Under the pieces are notes generated by a model. The model did not search any database and was not told the DNA's origin. It was given only the letters and a program-made list of their open reading frames with translations. The translations under genes and the position numbers were made by a program. DNA of 64,000 nucleotides from Gemmatimonadales bacterium (GTDB taxonomy: Bacteria; Gemmatimonadota; Gemmatimonadetes; Gemmatimonadales; GWC2-71-9): positions 20,518-84,517 of the forward strand of contig JBFGJG010000013.1 of NCBI GenBank assembly GCA_041577295.1, in the 5' to 3' direction. This document shows, in pieces, positions 1-10,684 of this stretch (its first letter is position 1; each line of letters starts with the position of its first letter).

Positions 1-165
1 GTGGCCGGCGAGTTAGGAGTCGGCAGCATGCAACCAAAGGTTGGAGCCGCTGCCGCATTTGTCAGAGGTGGCGGGCGGCGTGCGGTGATCGGTCACTTGG
101 AACACGGTCTCGAGGCCATGCGCGGGCAGCAGGGGACCCACATCCTACGGGAGCAGAATCAGTGA
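1..165 (+). CDS. arcC: Carbamate kinase, 3' end only
   Basis: Own frame-1 translation VAGELGVGSMQPKVGAAAAFVRGGGRRAVIGHL...GTHI matches the carbamate kinase C-terminal GSMxPKV motif; TGA overlaps the sucC GTG. Confidence 0.75.
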   Translation: MAGELGVGSMQPKVGAAAAFVRGGGRRAVIGHLEHGLEAMRGQQGTHILREQNQ

Positions 166-1298
166 ATCTGCACGAATATCAAGCGCGGCAGTTACTCAAG
201 AACGCCGGCATCCCGGTGACGGGTGGTGACGTAGCGACGACCGCCGATGAAGTCGAGCAGATCGCTCGTCAGCTGGGCGGTGCGGTGGTGGTGAAAGCAC
301 AGGTGCACGCGGGTGGACGGGGCAAAGCGGGCGGGGTCAAGTTGGCAGCAACGGCAGCGGAGGCCAAACAGATTGCAAATAAGATACTCGGCATGCAGAT
401 CAAGGGCCTCACGGTTGCCAAAGTACTGGTGGTGCCGGCCGTGGACATCGCGTCGGAGAGCTACGTGGGGATCATCGTGGATCGTGTGTCTCAACGACCG
501 GTGATCATGGTCAGTCCAGCGGGGGGGATCGACATCGAGGAGGTGGCCGCCAGCACACCGGAGAAGATTTTTCGCGTCGCTGTCGACCCCCGCTACGGTC
601 TCCTCCCCCATCAGGCGATGGGGCTGGCGTTCCGGCTGTTCGATGACATTCGACAGGTACGGGCCGCGACCACCATCATGCGGAACTTGTATACCGCATT
701 CCGTAACGCGGGGGGATCGCTGGCCGAAATCAATCCGCTCGTGACCACGGCCGAGGGCGAGGTGCTCGCACTCGATGCGAAGATCGTCGTCGATGACAAC
801 GAGCTCGAACGAAGACCAGAGATGGCAAAATTGCGGGATCACACCGCAGAGAATCCCGCGGAGGTGACCGCGAGAAATGCCGGTCTGTCCTACATCAAGC
901 TCGACGGCCGCGTGGGTTGCTGCGTCAATGGAGCTGGCCTGGCGATGGCGACGATGGATCTCGTCAAGTACTACGGTGGTGAGCCGGCCAACTTTCTGGA
1001 CATCGGCGGAAGCAGCAATCCCGACAAGGTCATCGCCGCACTCGAGATCATCACGAGCGACCCGAACGTCAAGACGATCCTCTTCAATATCTTCGGTGGA
1101 ATCACACGGTGTGACGACGTCGCGAACGGAATCGTCGCCGCGACCACCAAACGGAAGCTGGACAGGCCGATGGTAATTCGTTTGACGGGTACCAACGAGG
1201 ATTTGGCGGTGGACATCTTGCGCAATGCAGGATTCGAGGCGCTGACAGACATGGACGAGGCCGTGCAGGAAGCGGTGAAGCTAGCGGGGGTCGCATGA
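162..1298 (+). CDS. sucC: Succinyl-CoA synthetase beta subunit
   Basis: [43 protein letters not shown]. Confidence 0.98.
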   Translation: MNLHEYQARQLLKNAGIPVTGGDVATTADEVEQIARQLGGAVVVKAQVHAGGRGKAGGVKLAATAAEAKQIANKILGMQIKGLTVAKVLVVPAVDIASESYVGIIVDRVSQRPVIMVSPAGGIDIEEVAASTPEKIFRVAVDPRYGLLPHQAMGLAFRLFDDIRQVRAATTIMRNLYTAFRNAGGSLAEINPLVTTAEGEVLALDAKIVVDDNELERRPEMAKLRDHTAENPAEVTARNAGLSYIKLDGRVGCCVNGAGLAMATMDLVKYYGGEPANFLDIGGSSNPDKVIAALEIITSDPNVKTILFNIFGGITRCDDVANGIVAATTKRKLDRPMVIRLTGTNEDLAVDILRNAGFEALTDMDEAVQEAVKLAGVA

Positions 1299-2173
1299 GC
1301 ATTTTTATCGATGCGCAGACGCGACTGGTTGTCCAGGGGATCACCGGGCGGGACGGTTCCTTTCATACGCAACAGATGATGGAGTACGGTACCAACGTCG
1401 TCGCCGGTGTAACGCCCGGAAAGGGTGGTCAGCGCTTTGCGGACCGCGTGCCCATTTTCGACACCGTGGCCAAAGCCGTAGAGGAGACCGGGGCCGATGC
1501 GTCCGTGATCTATGTGCCTGCGCGATTCGCGGTGGATGCGGTGTACGAGGCCGCTGATGCCGGTGTGGCATTGATCGTGTGTATCACTGAAGGCATTCCC
1601 GTACTCGACATGACCGGTCTGATCACGTTCGTGCGTGAGCGCGGTGCTCGTTTGATAGGACCGAACTGCCCCGGCCTGATCGCGCCCGGGCGATCCAAGG
1701 TGGGCATCATTCCCGGTCAAATCTGTCGTCAAGGGCGTATCGGCGTCGTGTCACGCAGCGGGACTCTCACCTACGAGATCATTCATCAGCTGAGCCGCAA
1801 CGGCTTCGGACAATCGACCTGCGTGGGGATCGGTGGCGATCCCATCATCGGCACGACGTTCGTCGATTGCCTGCGAGCATTTCAGGAAGATGACGATACG
1901 GACGCCATTGTCATGATCGGTGAGATCGGCGGGACAGATGAGCAGGACGCCGCCCGGTACGTGGCAGACACGGTGGACAAACCGGTGGTCGGATTCATTG
2001 CGGGGCAGACCGCACCCCCCGGACGCCGTATGGGGCACGCCGGTGCGATCATTTCCGGATCGTCCGGTACCGCAGCGGAGAAGATGGCCGCCTTCGCGAA
2101 TGCGAACATCGCCGTGATGAAGCGACCCGCCGATGTGGTCCCACTTCTCCGGGAGCACGCACTAGCCGGGTGA
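1295..2173 (+). CDS. sucD: Succinyl-CoA synthetase alpha subunit
   Basis: [29 protein letters not shown] phospho-His motif. Confidence 0.98.
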   Translation: MSIFIDAQTRLVVQGITGRDGSFHTQQMMEYGTNVVAGVTPGKGGQRFADRVPIFDTVAKAVEETGADASVIYVPARFAVDAVYEAADAGVALIVCITEGIPVLDMTGLITFVRERGARLIGPNCPGLIAPGRSKVGIIPGQICRQGRIGVVSRSGTLTYEIIHQLSRNGFGQSTCVGIGGDPIIGTTFVDCLRAFQEDDDTDAIVMIGEIGGTDEQDAARYVADTVDKPVVGFIAGQTAPPGRRMGHAGAIISGSSGTAAEKMAAFANANIAVMKRPADVVPLLREHALAG

Positions 2174-3072
2174 AGCTTCTCGATCTCTTGGCACCCGAGC
2201 GGGTGATCGTACCGCTACGAGCGGACACCTTGGAGGCAGCTGCCGAGCAACTCGTCGATTCCCTCGTGGCATCCGGTGCGGCGGAAGACCACGCCAAACT
2301 CCGTGAACTGGTGCAGGCGGAAGTGCCAACCCAGGTGGTCACACTGGGGGAGGCGTTCCTGCTGCATGCGCGGACGGATGCGGTGTCGCGGCTCGTGGCC
2401 GCGTTGGGTGTTGCCCCGGAACCGGTGCGTCGAGGTGACGATTCGAGCAAAGCCGCCCGAATTGTCATCGTGATCGTCGCCCCACCCAAAGAGACCTCGG
2501 CGTACCTGCAGGCGCTCAGTGCCTTTGCCCGCGTGCTCGGCCGGACCGAAGTGGTGGAGGCGATCTCGACGGCCCGCGGTCCCCAAGATGTCTTGGCAGC
2601 AACGCCGCTGGCCGATGTGGAGCTTCCGGGCTACCTCACCGTGCGAGATGTGATGGTGCCGCGTACCTTGTCAGTCCGCTCCGACGCGACGCTCGGTGAG
2701 GCTGCGAAGCTCATGGTCGCACACGGCGTCTCGGCGCTCCCCGTGGTGTCCGACACCAACGAGCTTCTGGGCATCGTGACGCACCGGGAAGTGCTGCGCT
2801 ATCTGCTACCCGTCTACGTCAAACGCATTAGTAGCGGCGCCTTCAAGCCGCCGCCGCGGGGGGCGCCGACCGAGGGCACCGACCCGCACGACTTGCCAGT
2901 CCGGGAGATCATGGACCGGACGGTGCTGTCGGTTTCGGAGGATCAGACGCTGGCAAACGTGGCGACGCTGATGGTGAACAAGAACCTGGAGCGATTTCCG
3001 GTCGTGCGGGAGGGAGCGCTCGTGGGCTTCCTGACCCGGGAGGATGTGGTCAGACGCATCTTTGGACGCTGA
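2170..3072 (+). CDS. PTS EIIA(Ntr/Fru)-like domain fused to a CBS pair
   Basis: N-terminal EIIA-like region with LLHAR (cf. IPHAR); C-terminal CBS repeats (VRDVM...LPVV...GIVT, VREIM...FPVV...GFLTRED). Confidence 0.75.
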   Translation: MKLLDLLAPERVIVPLRADTLEAAAEQLVDSLVASGAAEDHAKLRELVQAEVPTQVVTLGEAFLLHARTDAVSRLVAALGVAPEPVRRGDDSSKAARIVIVIVAPPKETSAYLQALSAFARVLGRTEVVEAISTARGPQDVLAATPLADVELPGYLTVRDVMVPRTLSVRSDATLGEAAKLMVAHGVSALPVVSDTNELLGIVTHREVLRYLLPVYVKRISSGAFKPPPRGAPTEGTDPHDLPVREIMDRTVLSVSEDQTLANVATLMVNKNLERFPVVREGALVGFLTREDVVRRIFGR

Positions 3073-3117
3073 TTCAGCAGCTCGCCTCGAGCAGTAGAAG
3101 AAAGGAATACGATTGTC

Positions 3118-3561
3118 ATGTCCGTGCAGCACACCTTAGCAATCATCAAACCGGACGCCGTGGCCGCCGGGAGGGCGGGGAAGATCCTCGCACACCTGGA
3201 AGATGCCGGGTTTGTTCCCCGTGCCGCCCGGCTCGTCCGCCTCGCGATACCCGAGGCCGAGGGGTTCTATGCGGTGCACCGCGAGCGGCCTTTCTTTCGG
3301 TCACTGGTGACATTCATGACATCAGGTCCGTGCCTCCCGATTGTGCTCGAGCGCCAGGACGCCATCACGCACCTCCGCACGGTCGTCGGAGCGACCGACC
3401 CGGCTGAGGCTGCGACCGGGTCCGTTCGCAAGCTGTACGGTGAATCGAAAGAGCGTAACGCCATCCACGCGTCCGATTCGGTGGACAACGCGAAGCAGGA
3501 GATCGGGTTCTTCTTCCCTGAGTCGGAGATCCGGCGTCTGTGGGGCGACCTGCCTCGTTGA
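3118..3561 (+). CDS. ndk: Nucleoside diphosphate kinase
   Basis: TLAIIKPDAV, FMTSGP, NAIHASDS. Confidence 0.97.
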   Translation: MSVQHTLAIIKPDAVAAGRAGKILAHLEDAGFVPRAARLVRLAIPEAEGFYAVHRERPFFRSLVTFMTSGPCLPIVLERQDAITHLRTVVGATDPAEAATGSVRKLYGESKERNAIHASDSVDNAKQEIGFFFPESEIRRLWGDLPR

Positions 3562-3586
3562 CCCAAGTCGCTGTAATAATTAGCTT
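3558..3586 (+). promoter_or_regulatory. Putative sigma70 promoter for yceD-rpmF-plsX-fab
   Basis: TTGACC-N17-TAGCTT ending 8 nt before the yceD ATG. Confidence 0.55.
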
Positions 3587-3594
3587 TACAGGCT

Positions 3595-4110
3595 ATGTTA
3601 AGTATTGATGTCGCCTCGCTCGCCCGCGGGCCCGTCCCCACGGTGGCCGAGATTCCGTCTACGGACGCCTTGCTGCACGATTTGGACATCGTCCCGATCG
3701 ATGCGGTGCGTGTGCGCGGCCGACTTACGGAATCCGGACCGGGCCGCTATTACTGGCAGGCAGAGCTCAGCACACGGGTAACCATTTCGTGCCGCAGGTG
3801 CCTGGCGCCGGTGACCACGTCGGTGCAGGTGCCTGTCAATGTGCTGTTTGCGGAGGATGCCGGAATCGACGATCCGGCGGTGTATCCGATCCCACCGCGG
3901 ACGCGCGAGTTGGATCTCAGCGACGCGGTACGTGAAGAGTTGATTCTCGCACTCCCAGAGTACGTGCTTTGCTCGGAAGATTGTCGTGGAATCTGTGCGG
4001 GGTGCGGTGCGGATCTCAACACGGCGCGATGCACCTGCCGTCACGAGCCCGATGCCCGTTGGGGCGTGCTCGAGACGCTGAAGTCATCGCAGCCTACAGA
4101 AGAAAGGTAA
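3595..4110 (+). CDS. yceD: DUF177/YceD family protein
   Basis: CRRCL and LCSEDCRGICAGCG motifs; directly upstream of rpmF. Confidence 0.9.
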   Translation: MLSIDVASLARGPVPTVAEIPSTDALLHDLDIVPIDAVRVRGRLTESGPGRYYWQAELSTRVTISCRRCLAPVTTSVQVPVNVLFAEDAGIDDPAVYPIPPRTRELDLSDAVREELILALPEYVLCSEDCRGICAGCGADLNTARCTCRHEPDARWGVLETLKSSQPTEER

Positions 4111-4119
4111 CGAGCCACC

Positions 4120-4302
4120 ATGGCTGTCCCGAAGCGTAGAACGTCCAAGAGCCGGAAGCGCAAACGGCGCAATCATTACAAGGCGGCAATGCCAACCGTC
4201 CAGGCGTGTCCACGATGCGGCGATCCACGTCGGCCCCATCGCGTGTGCCCGAGCTGCGGTTATTACGGGGAAGAGCAGCGGATCGCAGTCGAGGAGGTCT
4301 GA
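4120..4302 (+). CDS. rpmF: 50S ribosomal protein L32 (zinc-ribbon type)
   Basis: [21 protein letters not shown]...[10 protein letters not shown]. Confidence 0.98.
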   Translation: MAVPKRRTSKSRKRKRRNHYKAAMPTVQACPRCGDPRRPHRVCPSCGYYGEEQRIAVEEV

Positions 4303-4305
4303 TCG

Positions 4306-5295
4306 ATGCCGCGGATCGCCCTCGACGCGATGGGAGGGGATCGCGGCCCCGAGACAACCGTCGCCGGAGCCATGCAGGCACTCACAGAGCTCCCCGACAG
4401 CGCTGAAATCTTGCTCGTGGGTCGGTCCGCAACCCTGAACGCCGAGATGTCCAAGCACGGCGACGCCCAGGGGCGGATCCGGGTCATTGAGGCTCCTGAA
4501 GACATCGGGATGCACGAAAAACCGCTCGCGGCCGTACGGGCGAAGCCGCGTTCCTCCATTCGCGTCGGGCTCGAGCTCCAAAAACGCGGCGAGGCGGATG
4601 CGTTCATCTCGGCGGGCAACACCGGTGCCATCATGGCGGCGAGTCTCTTACTCCTCGGTCTCCACCCCGGCGTCGAACGCCCGGCGATCGGAACGCTCTT
4701 TCCCACCGGCGTCAAGCCGGTCCTCGTGCTGGATAGCGGTGCAAACATCGACTGTTCTGCGCGCGAGCTGCGAGGCTTCGCGCACATCGGCGCGGTCTAC
4801 GCGCGCGATGTCCTACAGCGGTCGGACCCGGTGGTTGGATTGCTCAACATTGGTGAGGAAGAGGAGAAGGGGAACGCCGCCGTCCGCGGGGCCTTCGCCT
4901 TGCTCAAGGGCGATGCAGGCATCCGCTTCGCCGGCAACGTAGAGGGTCGTGACATCTTGAGCGGGGCTTGCGATGTCGTCGTGTGTGACGGCTTCGTCGG
5001 CAACGTGGTGCTCAAGTTCTACGAGTCGGTTGCGGATGTGTTCCGTGACTTCTTGCGGCGCGAAATGGACCCGCAAGTCCTCCGTGGGCCGGCCATGCAG
5101 CGCGTCTTCAAGGTGCTGGATTACTCCGAGTACGGTGGGGCACCGCTGCTGGGCGTGCGCGGCGTCTCGATCATCTGTCACGGCGCATCGCCGCCGCGTG
5201 CCATCAAGAACGCCATCCGAGTGGCCTTCCAAGCTGTGGAGAGCCAAGTGAGTCGTCACATTGCTGCGGAGTTCGCCGACGGGGCTGCGGTGTGA
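4306..5295 (+). CDS. plsX: Phosphate acyltransferase PlsX
   Basis: RIALDAMGGD, SAGNTGA, VCDGFVGN, GGAPLLG. Confidence 0.97.
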   Translation: MPRIALDAMGGDRGPETTVAGAMQALTELPDSAEILLVGRSATLNAEMSKHGDAQGRIRVIEAPEDIGMHEKPLAAVRAKPRSSIRVGLELQKRGEADAFISAGNTGAIMAASLLLLGLHPGVERPAIGTLFPTGVKPVLVLDSGANIDCSARELRGFAHIGAVYARDVLQRSDPVVGLLNIGEEEEKGNAAVRGAFALLKGDAGIRFAGNVEGRDILSGACDVVVCDGFVGNVVLKFYESVADVFRDFLRREMDPQVLRGPAMQRVFKVLDYSEYGGAPLLGVRGVSIICHGASPPRAIKNAIRVAFQAVESQVSRHIAAEFADGAAV

Positions 5296-6281
5296 AGCGG
5301 CCAATCGCAGAACTGGTTGGCACCGGGCGTTACGTGCCGCTGAAGGTGCTCACCAATGCCGATCTCGAGAGGTTGGTCGACACCTCCGACGATTGGATCC
5401 GCGAGCGCACGGGTATCGGTGAACGCCATATTGCCGATCAGCACGAGACCGTGGCGCACATGTCCACGCGGGCGTGTGAGGCCGTACTCGAGGTAGCGGG
5501 TCTCGCTGCGGAGGACGTGGATGCGATCATCCTCGGCACGGCGACGCCGGACCGTCTGCTTCCGGCGACTGCTTGTGATCTCCAAGCCCAGCTGGGAGCG
5601 GTCAACGCGGCTGCATTCGATCTAGGAGCCGCGTGCAGCGGCTTCTTGTACGGACTCACCGTCGCCGAAGGCATGATCTCCACGGGCGCGGCGCGTCATG
5701 TACTCGTGGTGGGTGCCGAGCGCTTGTCGACGATCGTCGACTACTCCGATCGCGCCACCTGCATCCTGTTCGGCGACGGGGCTGGCGCAACGCTGGTGCG
5801 TCCGGCTTCCAACGGTGACCGGGGGATTCTGTCGACATACATGAAGTCCGATGGGACGCTAGCGGATCTGTTGTACCGTCCTGGTGGCGGCGGCAACCAA
5901 CCGCCCAACGAGGCCTTGCTCGCCGATCGGTCGTATTACATCAAGATGGCGGGCCGGGAGGTGTTCAAAAATGCCGTACGCTCGATGGCCGACGCGTGCG
6001 ACCGAGCAATGGAACAGGCGGGAGTCAAGGGCGAGGACATCGACATTCTCATCCCGCACCAGGCAAACATCCGCATCATCGAAGCCACCGCGAAACACGC
6101 CGACATTCCCATGGAAAAGGTGTACGTGAACGTGGATCGGTACGGGAATACGTCGGCGGCTTCGATACCGATCGCCCTCGACGAATGCGTTCGGTGCGGT
6201 CGGATCAAGCCGGGATCGCTCGTGCTTCTCGTGGCGTTTGGCGGCGGCTTTACCTGGGCGAGTGTCGTGCTCCGGTGGTAA
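5292..6281 (+). CDS. fabH: Beta-ketoacyl-ACP synthase III
   Basis: AACSGF, PHQANIRII, GNTSAASIP. Confidence 0.97.
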   Translation: MKRPIAELVGTGRYVPLKVLTNADLERLVDTSDDWIRERTGIGERHIADQHETVAHMSTRACEAVLEVAGLAAEDVDAIILGTATPDRLLPATACDLQAQLGAVNAAAFDLGAACSGFLYGLTVAEGMISTGAARHVLVVGAERLSTIVDYSDRATCILFGDGAGATLVRPASNGDRGILSTYMKSDGTLADLLYRPGGGGNQPPNEALLADRSYYIKMAGREVFKNAVRSMADACDRAMEQAGVKGEDIDILIPHQANIRIIEATAKHADIPMEKVYVNVDRYGNTSAASIPIALDECVRCGRIKPGSLVLLVAFGGGFTWASVVLRW

Positions 6282-7213
6282 GAGCAGCTCTCTTGTGCCC
6301 GGGACAGGGGGCACAACGGGTGGGGATGGGCAAGGACCTCGCGGAGCGCTTTCCCGCCGCCCGCGAAGCCTTTGCCGCGGCGGATGAGGCGCTCGGCGTT
6401 GCGCTATCCCGCCTTGCGTGGGATGGCCCGGAAGACGAATTGACCCTCACCCACAACGCTCAGCCAGCGATTCTCGTGCACTCCCTCGCGGTATTCGTGG
6501 TGGTCTGCGATGCCGTTGGACCGGTCGTAGCGTCTGGCCACTCGTTGGGCGAGTATAGCGCCTATGCCACGGCTGGCTCGCTGGAGATTGCCGATGCGGT
6601 GCGGTTGGTCCGGCGCCGTGGGGAGTTGATGCTCGAAGCGGGTCAGCAGCGGTCCGGGACGATGGCGGCGGTCATCGGTCTCGATGCCGACGTCGTGGAG
6701 GCCGTCTGCCAATCGGAAAGCGGAGGTGGTCACGTCGTGGTTGCCGCGAACTTCAATGCGCCCGATCAGACGGTCATCTCGGGCGATCCCGATGCCATCG
6801 AGCGGGCAGCGGAGCAGCTGCGAGCCGCGGGCGCGAAACGGGTGCTCCCGCTGAAGGTGAGCGGCGCGTTCCATTCGCCGTTGATGATGCCCGCACAGAT
6901 CGGGCTTCGGAACGAGCTCGACGAGATCGACCTGCGAGATCCCGCGTTCCCGGTGATCGCGAACGTCACCGGTGACACCGTTACCACGGCGGATGAGGCC
7001 CGGCGTCGACTCGGAGAGCAACTCACGGCACCCGTGCGTTGGGTGGCGTCGATGCGGCGGGCGGCGACGCTGGTCGATGGAGATACGAGCTTTGTCGAGA
7101 TCGGCCCGGGCAACGTGCTCGCCGGACTGCTCCGGCGTATCGTGCCGGAGCGAACGGTCGTGAGCCTCGGGACCGCGGATCAGGTCACTGCGTTCTTGGA
7201 GCAACACGGATGA
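6275..7213 (+). CDS. fabD: Malonyl-CoA-ACP transacylase
   Basis: PGQGAQ, GHSLGEY, VSGAFHS; start moved to GTG 6275 overlapping the fabH stop. Confidence 0.95.
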   Translation: MVRAALLCPGQGAQRVGMGKDLAERFPAAREAFAAADEALGVALSRLAWDGPEDELTLTHNAQPAILVHSLAVFVVVCDAVGPVVASGHSLGEYSAYATAGSLEIADAVRLVRRRGELMLEAGQQRSGTMAAVIGLDADVVEAVCQSESGGGHVVVAANFNAPDQTVISGDPDAIERAAEQLRAAGAKRVLPLKVSGAFHSPLMMPAQIGLRNELDEIDLRDPAFPVIANVTGDTVTTADEARRRLGEQLTAPVRWVASMRRAATLVDGDTSFVEIGPGNVLAGLLRRIVPERTVVSLGTADQVTAFLEQHG

Positions 7214-7947
7214 TCGATCTCGCAGGGAAGGTAGCCATCGTGACCGGTGGATCCCGCGGCATTGGGCTCGCGATTGCCCAGCAACTCGCCGCGCATGGCG
7301 CCGCGGTCGCCATCTTTGCGCGCGATGGCGATCGTGCCCGTTCCGTGGCCGGTGTGCTGGACGGGCAGAAGGCCGTTGGGCTCGGCGTTGATGTCGCCGA
7401 TCCGACCAAGGCCGAAACGGCCGTGGCGGAAGTCGAGCAACAACTCGGGCCGGTCGAGATCCTGGTGAACAACGCCGGCATCACGCGCGATGGTGTGATC
7501 GTCCGCATGAGCCTCGACGATTGGGACGCGGTGCACGACGTGAACCTGCGTGGGGCGTTTACGATGACCAAGCTCGTCACGCGAGGGATGATGAAGCGAC
7601 GTTGGGGCCGGATCGTCAACGTGACGAGCATCGTGGGGATCACGGGAAACCGAGGACAGGCGAACTACGCCGCGTCCAAGGCCGGACTCATCGGACTCAC
7701 GAAGTCGGTGGCCAAAGAGCTCGCATCGCGCAACATCCTGGTGAACGCAGTGGCACCAGGGTTCATCGATACGGACATGACGAGTGGGTTGCCGGCGGAT
7801 GCCCGCGACGCGCTGCTGAAGCAGATTCCCCTCGGACGTCTCGGCAGTGCCGCTGAGATTGCCAATGCCGTACTCTTCCTCGTGTCGGATCTGGCAAACT
7901 ACATTACAGGCCAGGTGTTGGTCGTCGATGGTGGGATGGTTTCCTGA
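7210..7947 (+). CDS. fabG: 3-oxoacyl-ACP reductase
   Basis: TGGSRGIG, NNAGITRD, YAASK; ATG 7210 overlaps the fabD stop. Confidence 0.97.
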   Translation: MIDLAGKVAIVTGGSRGIGLAIAQQLAAHGAAVAIFARDGDRARSVAGVLDGQKAVGLGVDVADPTKAETAVAEVEQQLGPVEILVNNAGITRDGVIVRMSLDDWDAVHDVNLRGAFTMTKLVTRGMMKRRWGRIVNVTSIVGITGNRGQANYAASKAGLIGLTKSVAKELASRNILVNAVAPGFIDTDMTSGLPADARDALLKQIPLGRLGSAAEIANAVLFLVSDLANYITGQVLVVDGGMVS

Positions 7948-7974
7948 CACAACCCGTTGAGAGGTGGGACGCAG

Positions 7975-8223
7975 ATGACAAACATGGCGCAGCTCGAAGA
8001 AAAAGTGAAAGACATCATCGTCGAAGAACTGGGTGTCGAGCGAGACAAGCTCACTGATGGCGCCAGCTTTATGGAGGATTTGGGGGCTGATAGCCTGGAT
8101 ACGGTGGAGCTCGTCATGGCTTTTGAGAAGGAGTTTGATATCGATATTCCCGACGAGGAAGCCGAGCAGTTGCGGACGGTCGGTGACGCCATGAAGTACT
8201 TGCACGAGAAGATCGGGAAGTAA
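7975..8223 (+). CDS. acpP: Acyl carrier protein
   Basis: [21 protein letters not shown] upstream; start 7975 or 7984. Confidence 0.97.
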   Translation: MTNMAQLEEKVKDIIVEELGVERDKLTDGASFMEDLGADSLDTVELVMAFEKEFDIDIPDEEAEQLRTVGDAMKYLHEKIGK

Positions 8224-8228
8224 GCCAC

Positions 8229-9470
8229 TTGACACGGCGCGTCGTCGTTACCGGGCTGGGGCTCATGTCCCCGCTCGGCAAGTCTGTTGACGAAACCTGG
8301 CAGGGGTTGGTCTCCGGGTGCTCCGGAGCGGCTCCCATCGAACGGTTCGACCCGTCGAATCTCGATGTACGCTTTGGATGTGAGGTCAAAGGATTCGACC
8401 CCTTGTCCTACATGGACCGCAAGGAGGCCAAGCGCTGCGATCTGTACGCCCAGTACGGCATTGCAGCCGCGGACGAGGCGGTGCGCGATGCGGGGTTCAA
8501 CGGACGTGCAATACCTGGGGAACGCACCGGTGTGGTGGTGGGGAGCGGCATTGGTGGGATCTGGACGTTCGAGGAGCAGTGCAAGCTCTACCTCGAAAAA
8601 GGGCCCAACCGCGTGTCCCCTTTCTTTGTCCCGATGTTCATTCCAGACATGGCGTCGGGTCTCATCTCCATCCGTACTGGGGCCAAGGGACCCAACTATT
8701 GCACCGTGTCCGCGTGTGCCTCGAGCGCACACGCCATCGGCGAGTCCTTCAACCTCATCGAGAGCGGCACGGCCGATGTCATGATCACGGGAGGGGCGGA
8801 GGCGGCGATCACGCCACTCGCCATCGCCGGCTTCTCCAATATGAAAGCGCTATCGACGCGGAATGACGACCCCGCGAGAGCCTCGAGACCGTTCGATCGG
8901 GATCGGGATGGCTTCGTAATGGGTGACGGCGCGGGCATCGTGGTTCTCGAGGAGTTGGAGCACGCGCGCCGTCGCAGCGCCAAGATCTATGCGGAGATCA
9001 TCGGCTACGGAATGAGTGCGGACGCGCATCATATGACACAGCCCGCGCCGGGTGGTGCGGGCGCCAAGTTGGCGATGCGAGAATGCCTGAAAGACGCCGG
9101 GCTCGAACCGCACGACGTCGACTACATCAACCCGCACGGTACCTCCACACCCCACGGTGATCTCGCCGAGATTCAGGCCGTCAAGGAGGTCTTTGGCTCG
9201 CACGCCTCGCACCTCGTCATCGCGTCCACGAAGTCGATGACGGGGCATTTGCTCGGCGCCGCGGGAGGGCTCGAGTTCATTGTTTGTGTGTTGGCGATGC
9301 GGCATGGGATCATCCCACCCACGATCAACGTCGACAATCAGGACCCCGAATGTGATCTGAACGTCGCACCGAATCAGGCCGTGAAACGGGACGTGCGTGT
9401 GGCCGTCTCGAACTCGTTCGGGTTCGGCGGGCACAACGTCTCGCTGGCGCTGAGGCGTTACGAGGCGTGA
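8229..9470 (+). CDS. fabF: Beta-ketoacyl-ACP synthase II
   Basis: RRVVVTGLG, SACAS, HGTST, GHLLGAAG, SNSFGFGG. Confidence 0.97.
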   Translation: MTRRVVVTGLGLMSPLGKSVDETWQGLVSGCSGAAPIERFDPSNLDVRFGCEVKGFDPLSYMDRKEAKRCDLYAQYGIAAADEAVRDAGFNGRAIPGERTGVVVGSGIGGIWTFEEQCKLYLEKGPNRVSPFFVPMFIPDMASGLISIRTGAKGPNYCTVSACASSAHAIGESFNLIESGTADVMITGGAEAAITPLAIAGFSNMKALSTRNDDPARASRPFDRDRDGFVMGDGAGIVVLEELEHARRRSAKIYAEIIGYGMSADAHHMTQPAPGGAGAKLAMRECLKDAGLEPHDVDYINPHGTSTPHGDLAEIQAVKEVFGSHASHLVIASTKSMTGHLLGAAGGLEFIVCVLAMRHGIIPPTINVDNQDPECDLNVAPNQAVKRDVRVAVSNSFGFGGHNVSLALRRYEA

Positions 9471-10684
9471 TGGTTTCCTTGGCTCCGCGCGATCCAAGCC
9501 TGCGCTCCGTCGCTCAGAAGGTAGCGGAGGGTCACCGGCTCGATCGAGAGGACGCCCTCCAGCTGTATGCGAGCGACGATCTCTTGACCATCGGAAGTCT
9601 CGCCAGCGAGGTCAATCGACGGACGAGTGGGGAACGTGTTTTCTTTGCGGCGAATCAACACATCAATCCGACCAACGTGTGCGTGCTGCGCAAGACGTGT
9701 GTATTCTGTTCATTCGCCCGGATGCCCAAGGAAGAGGGGGCGTATACCCGCACGCTGGATGAAGTGTTCGCCGAGGCCGAGGCGGCTCGCTACAACCCCA
9801 CCCGCGAGTTTCACATCGTCGGCGGTCTCCATCCCAAGCTCAGACTCTCGTACTACTCGGAGCTGATCCGAGGCCTCAAGGAGCGTCATCCTCAGGTTCA
9901 TATCAAGGCACTCACCGCGGTCGAGATCGCCCATCTCGCCCATATTGAGCGGATCACGACCGTCGAGGTTCTTCAAGAGCTCAAGGCTGCCGGGCTCGAC
10001 ACCTTGCCGGGCGGTGGTGCAGAGGTTTTTGGCCCGGCGGTGCGGGAGACCATTGCCGATCGCAAGCTCTGCGCGGAAGACTGGCTACGTGTTCATCGCG
10101 AGGCACATGGTCTTGGCATCCGGAGCAACTGCACGATGCTCTACGGTCACATCGAGACGGTGGAGGATCGCGTGGAGCACCTCGTGGCGTTGCGTGACCT
10201 ACAAGACGAGACGGGCGGCTTCCTCACGTACATTCCGCTGGCGTACCACCCGGACCACAACGAGCTGGGAGAGGAGCTGGGGCGCGTCGGGACGGCAACG
10301 ACGGGATTTGACGACCTGAAAAACGTTGCGGTGGGCCGCCTATTTCTCGACAACATTCCGCATGTGAAGACGCACTGGCCCATGGTTACGCCGTTTCTCT
10401 CGCAGATTGCGCTGGCCTTCGGCTGCGATGATGTCGAGGGGACGGTGGTCTACGAGCGCGTGTACCACGATGCGGGTGCAATGACCCCGATGATGCTCTC
10501 GTATGGTGAGATCGTTCGCATGATCAAGGCAGCCGGTAAGGATCCGGTCGAGCGCGATTCCTTGTACAACGTGGTGCGGACATTCGAGGCGAACGATCCC
10601 ATCTTCGATGCACGCGCCGGGAGGGCCTCCGGCTTTGCTGCGAGCCAAGAGCTCGTGGAGCTCGTGGGGACCGGACGCGCATGA
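9467..10684 (+). CDS. mqnE: Aminofutalosine synthase (radical SAM)
   Basis: CofH-like fold motifs HIVGGLHP, PGGGAE, TMLYGH; clustered with mqnA and mqnC. Confidence 0.88.
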   Translation: MMVSLAPRDPSLRSVAQKVAEGHRLDREDALQLYASDDLLTIGSLASEVNRRTSGERVFFAANQHINPTNVCVLRKTCVFCSFARMPKEEGAYTRTLDEVFAEAEAARYNPTREFHIVGGLHPKLRLSYYSELIRGLKERHPQVHIKALTAVEIAHLAHIERITTVEVLQELKAAGLDTLPGGGAEVFGPAVRETIADRKLCAEDWLRVHREAHGLGIRSNCTMLYGHIETVEDRVEHLVALRDLQDETGGFLTYIPLAYHPDHNELGEELGRVGTATTGFDDLKNVAVGRLFLDNIPHVKTHWPMVTPFLSQIALAFGCDDVEGTVVYERVYHDAGAMTPMMLSYGEIVRMIKAAGKDPVERDSLYNVVRTFEANDPIFDARAGRASGFAASQELVELVGTGRA

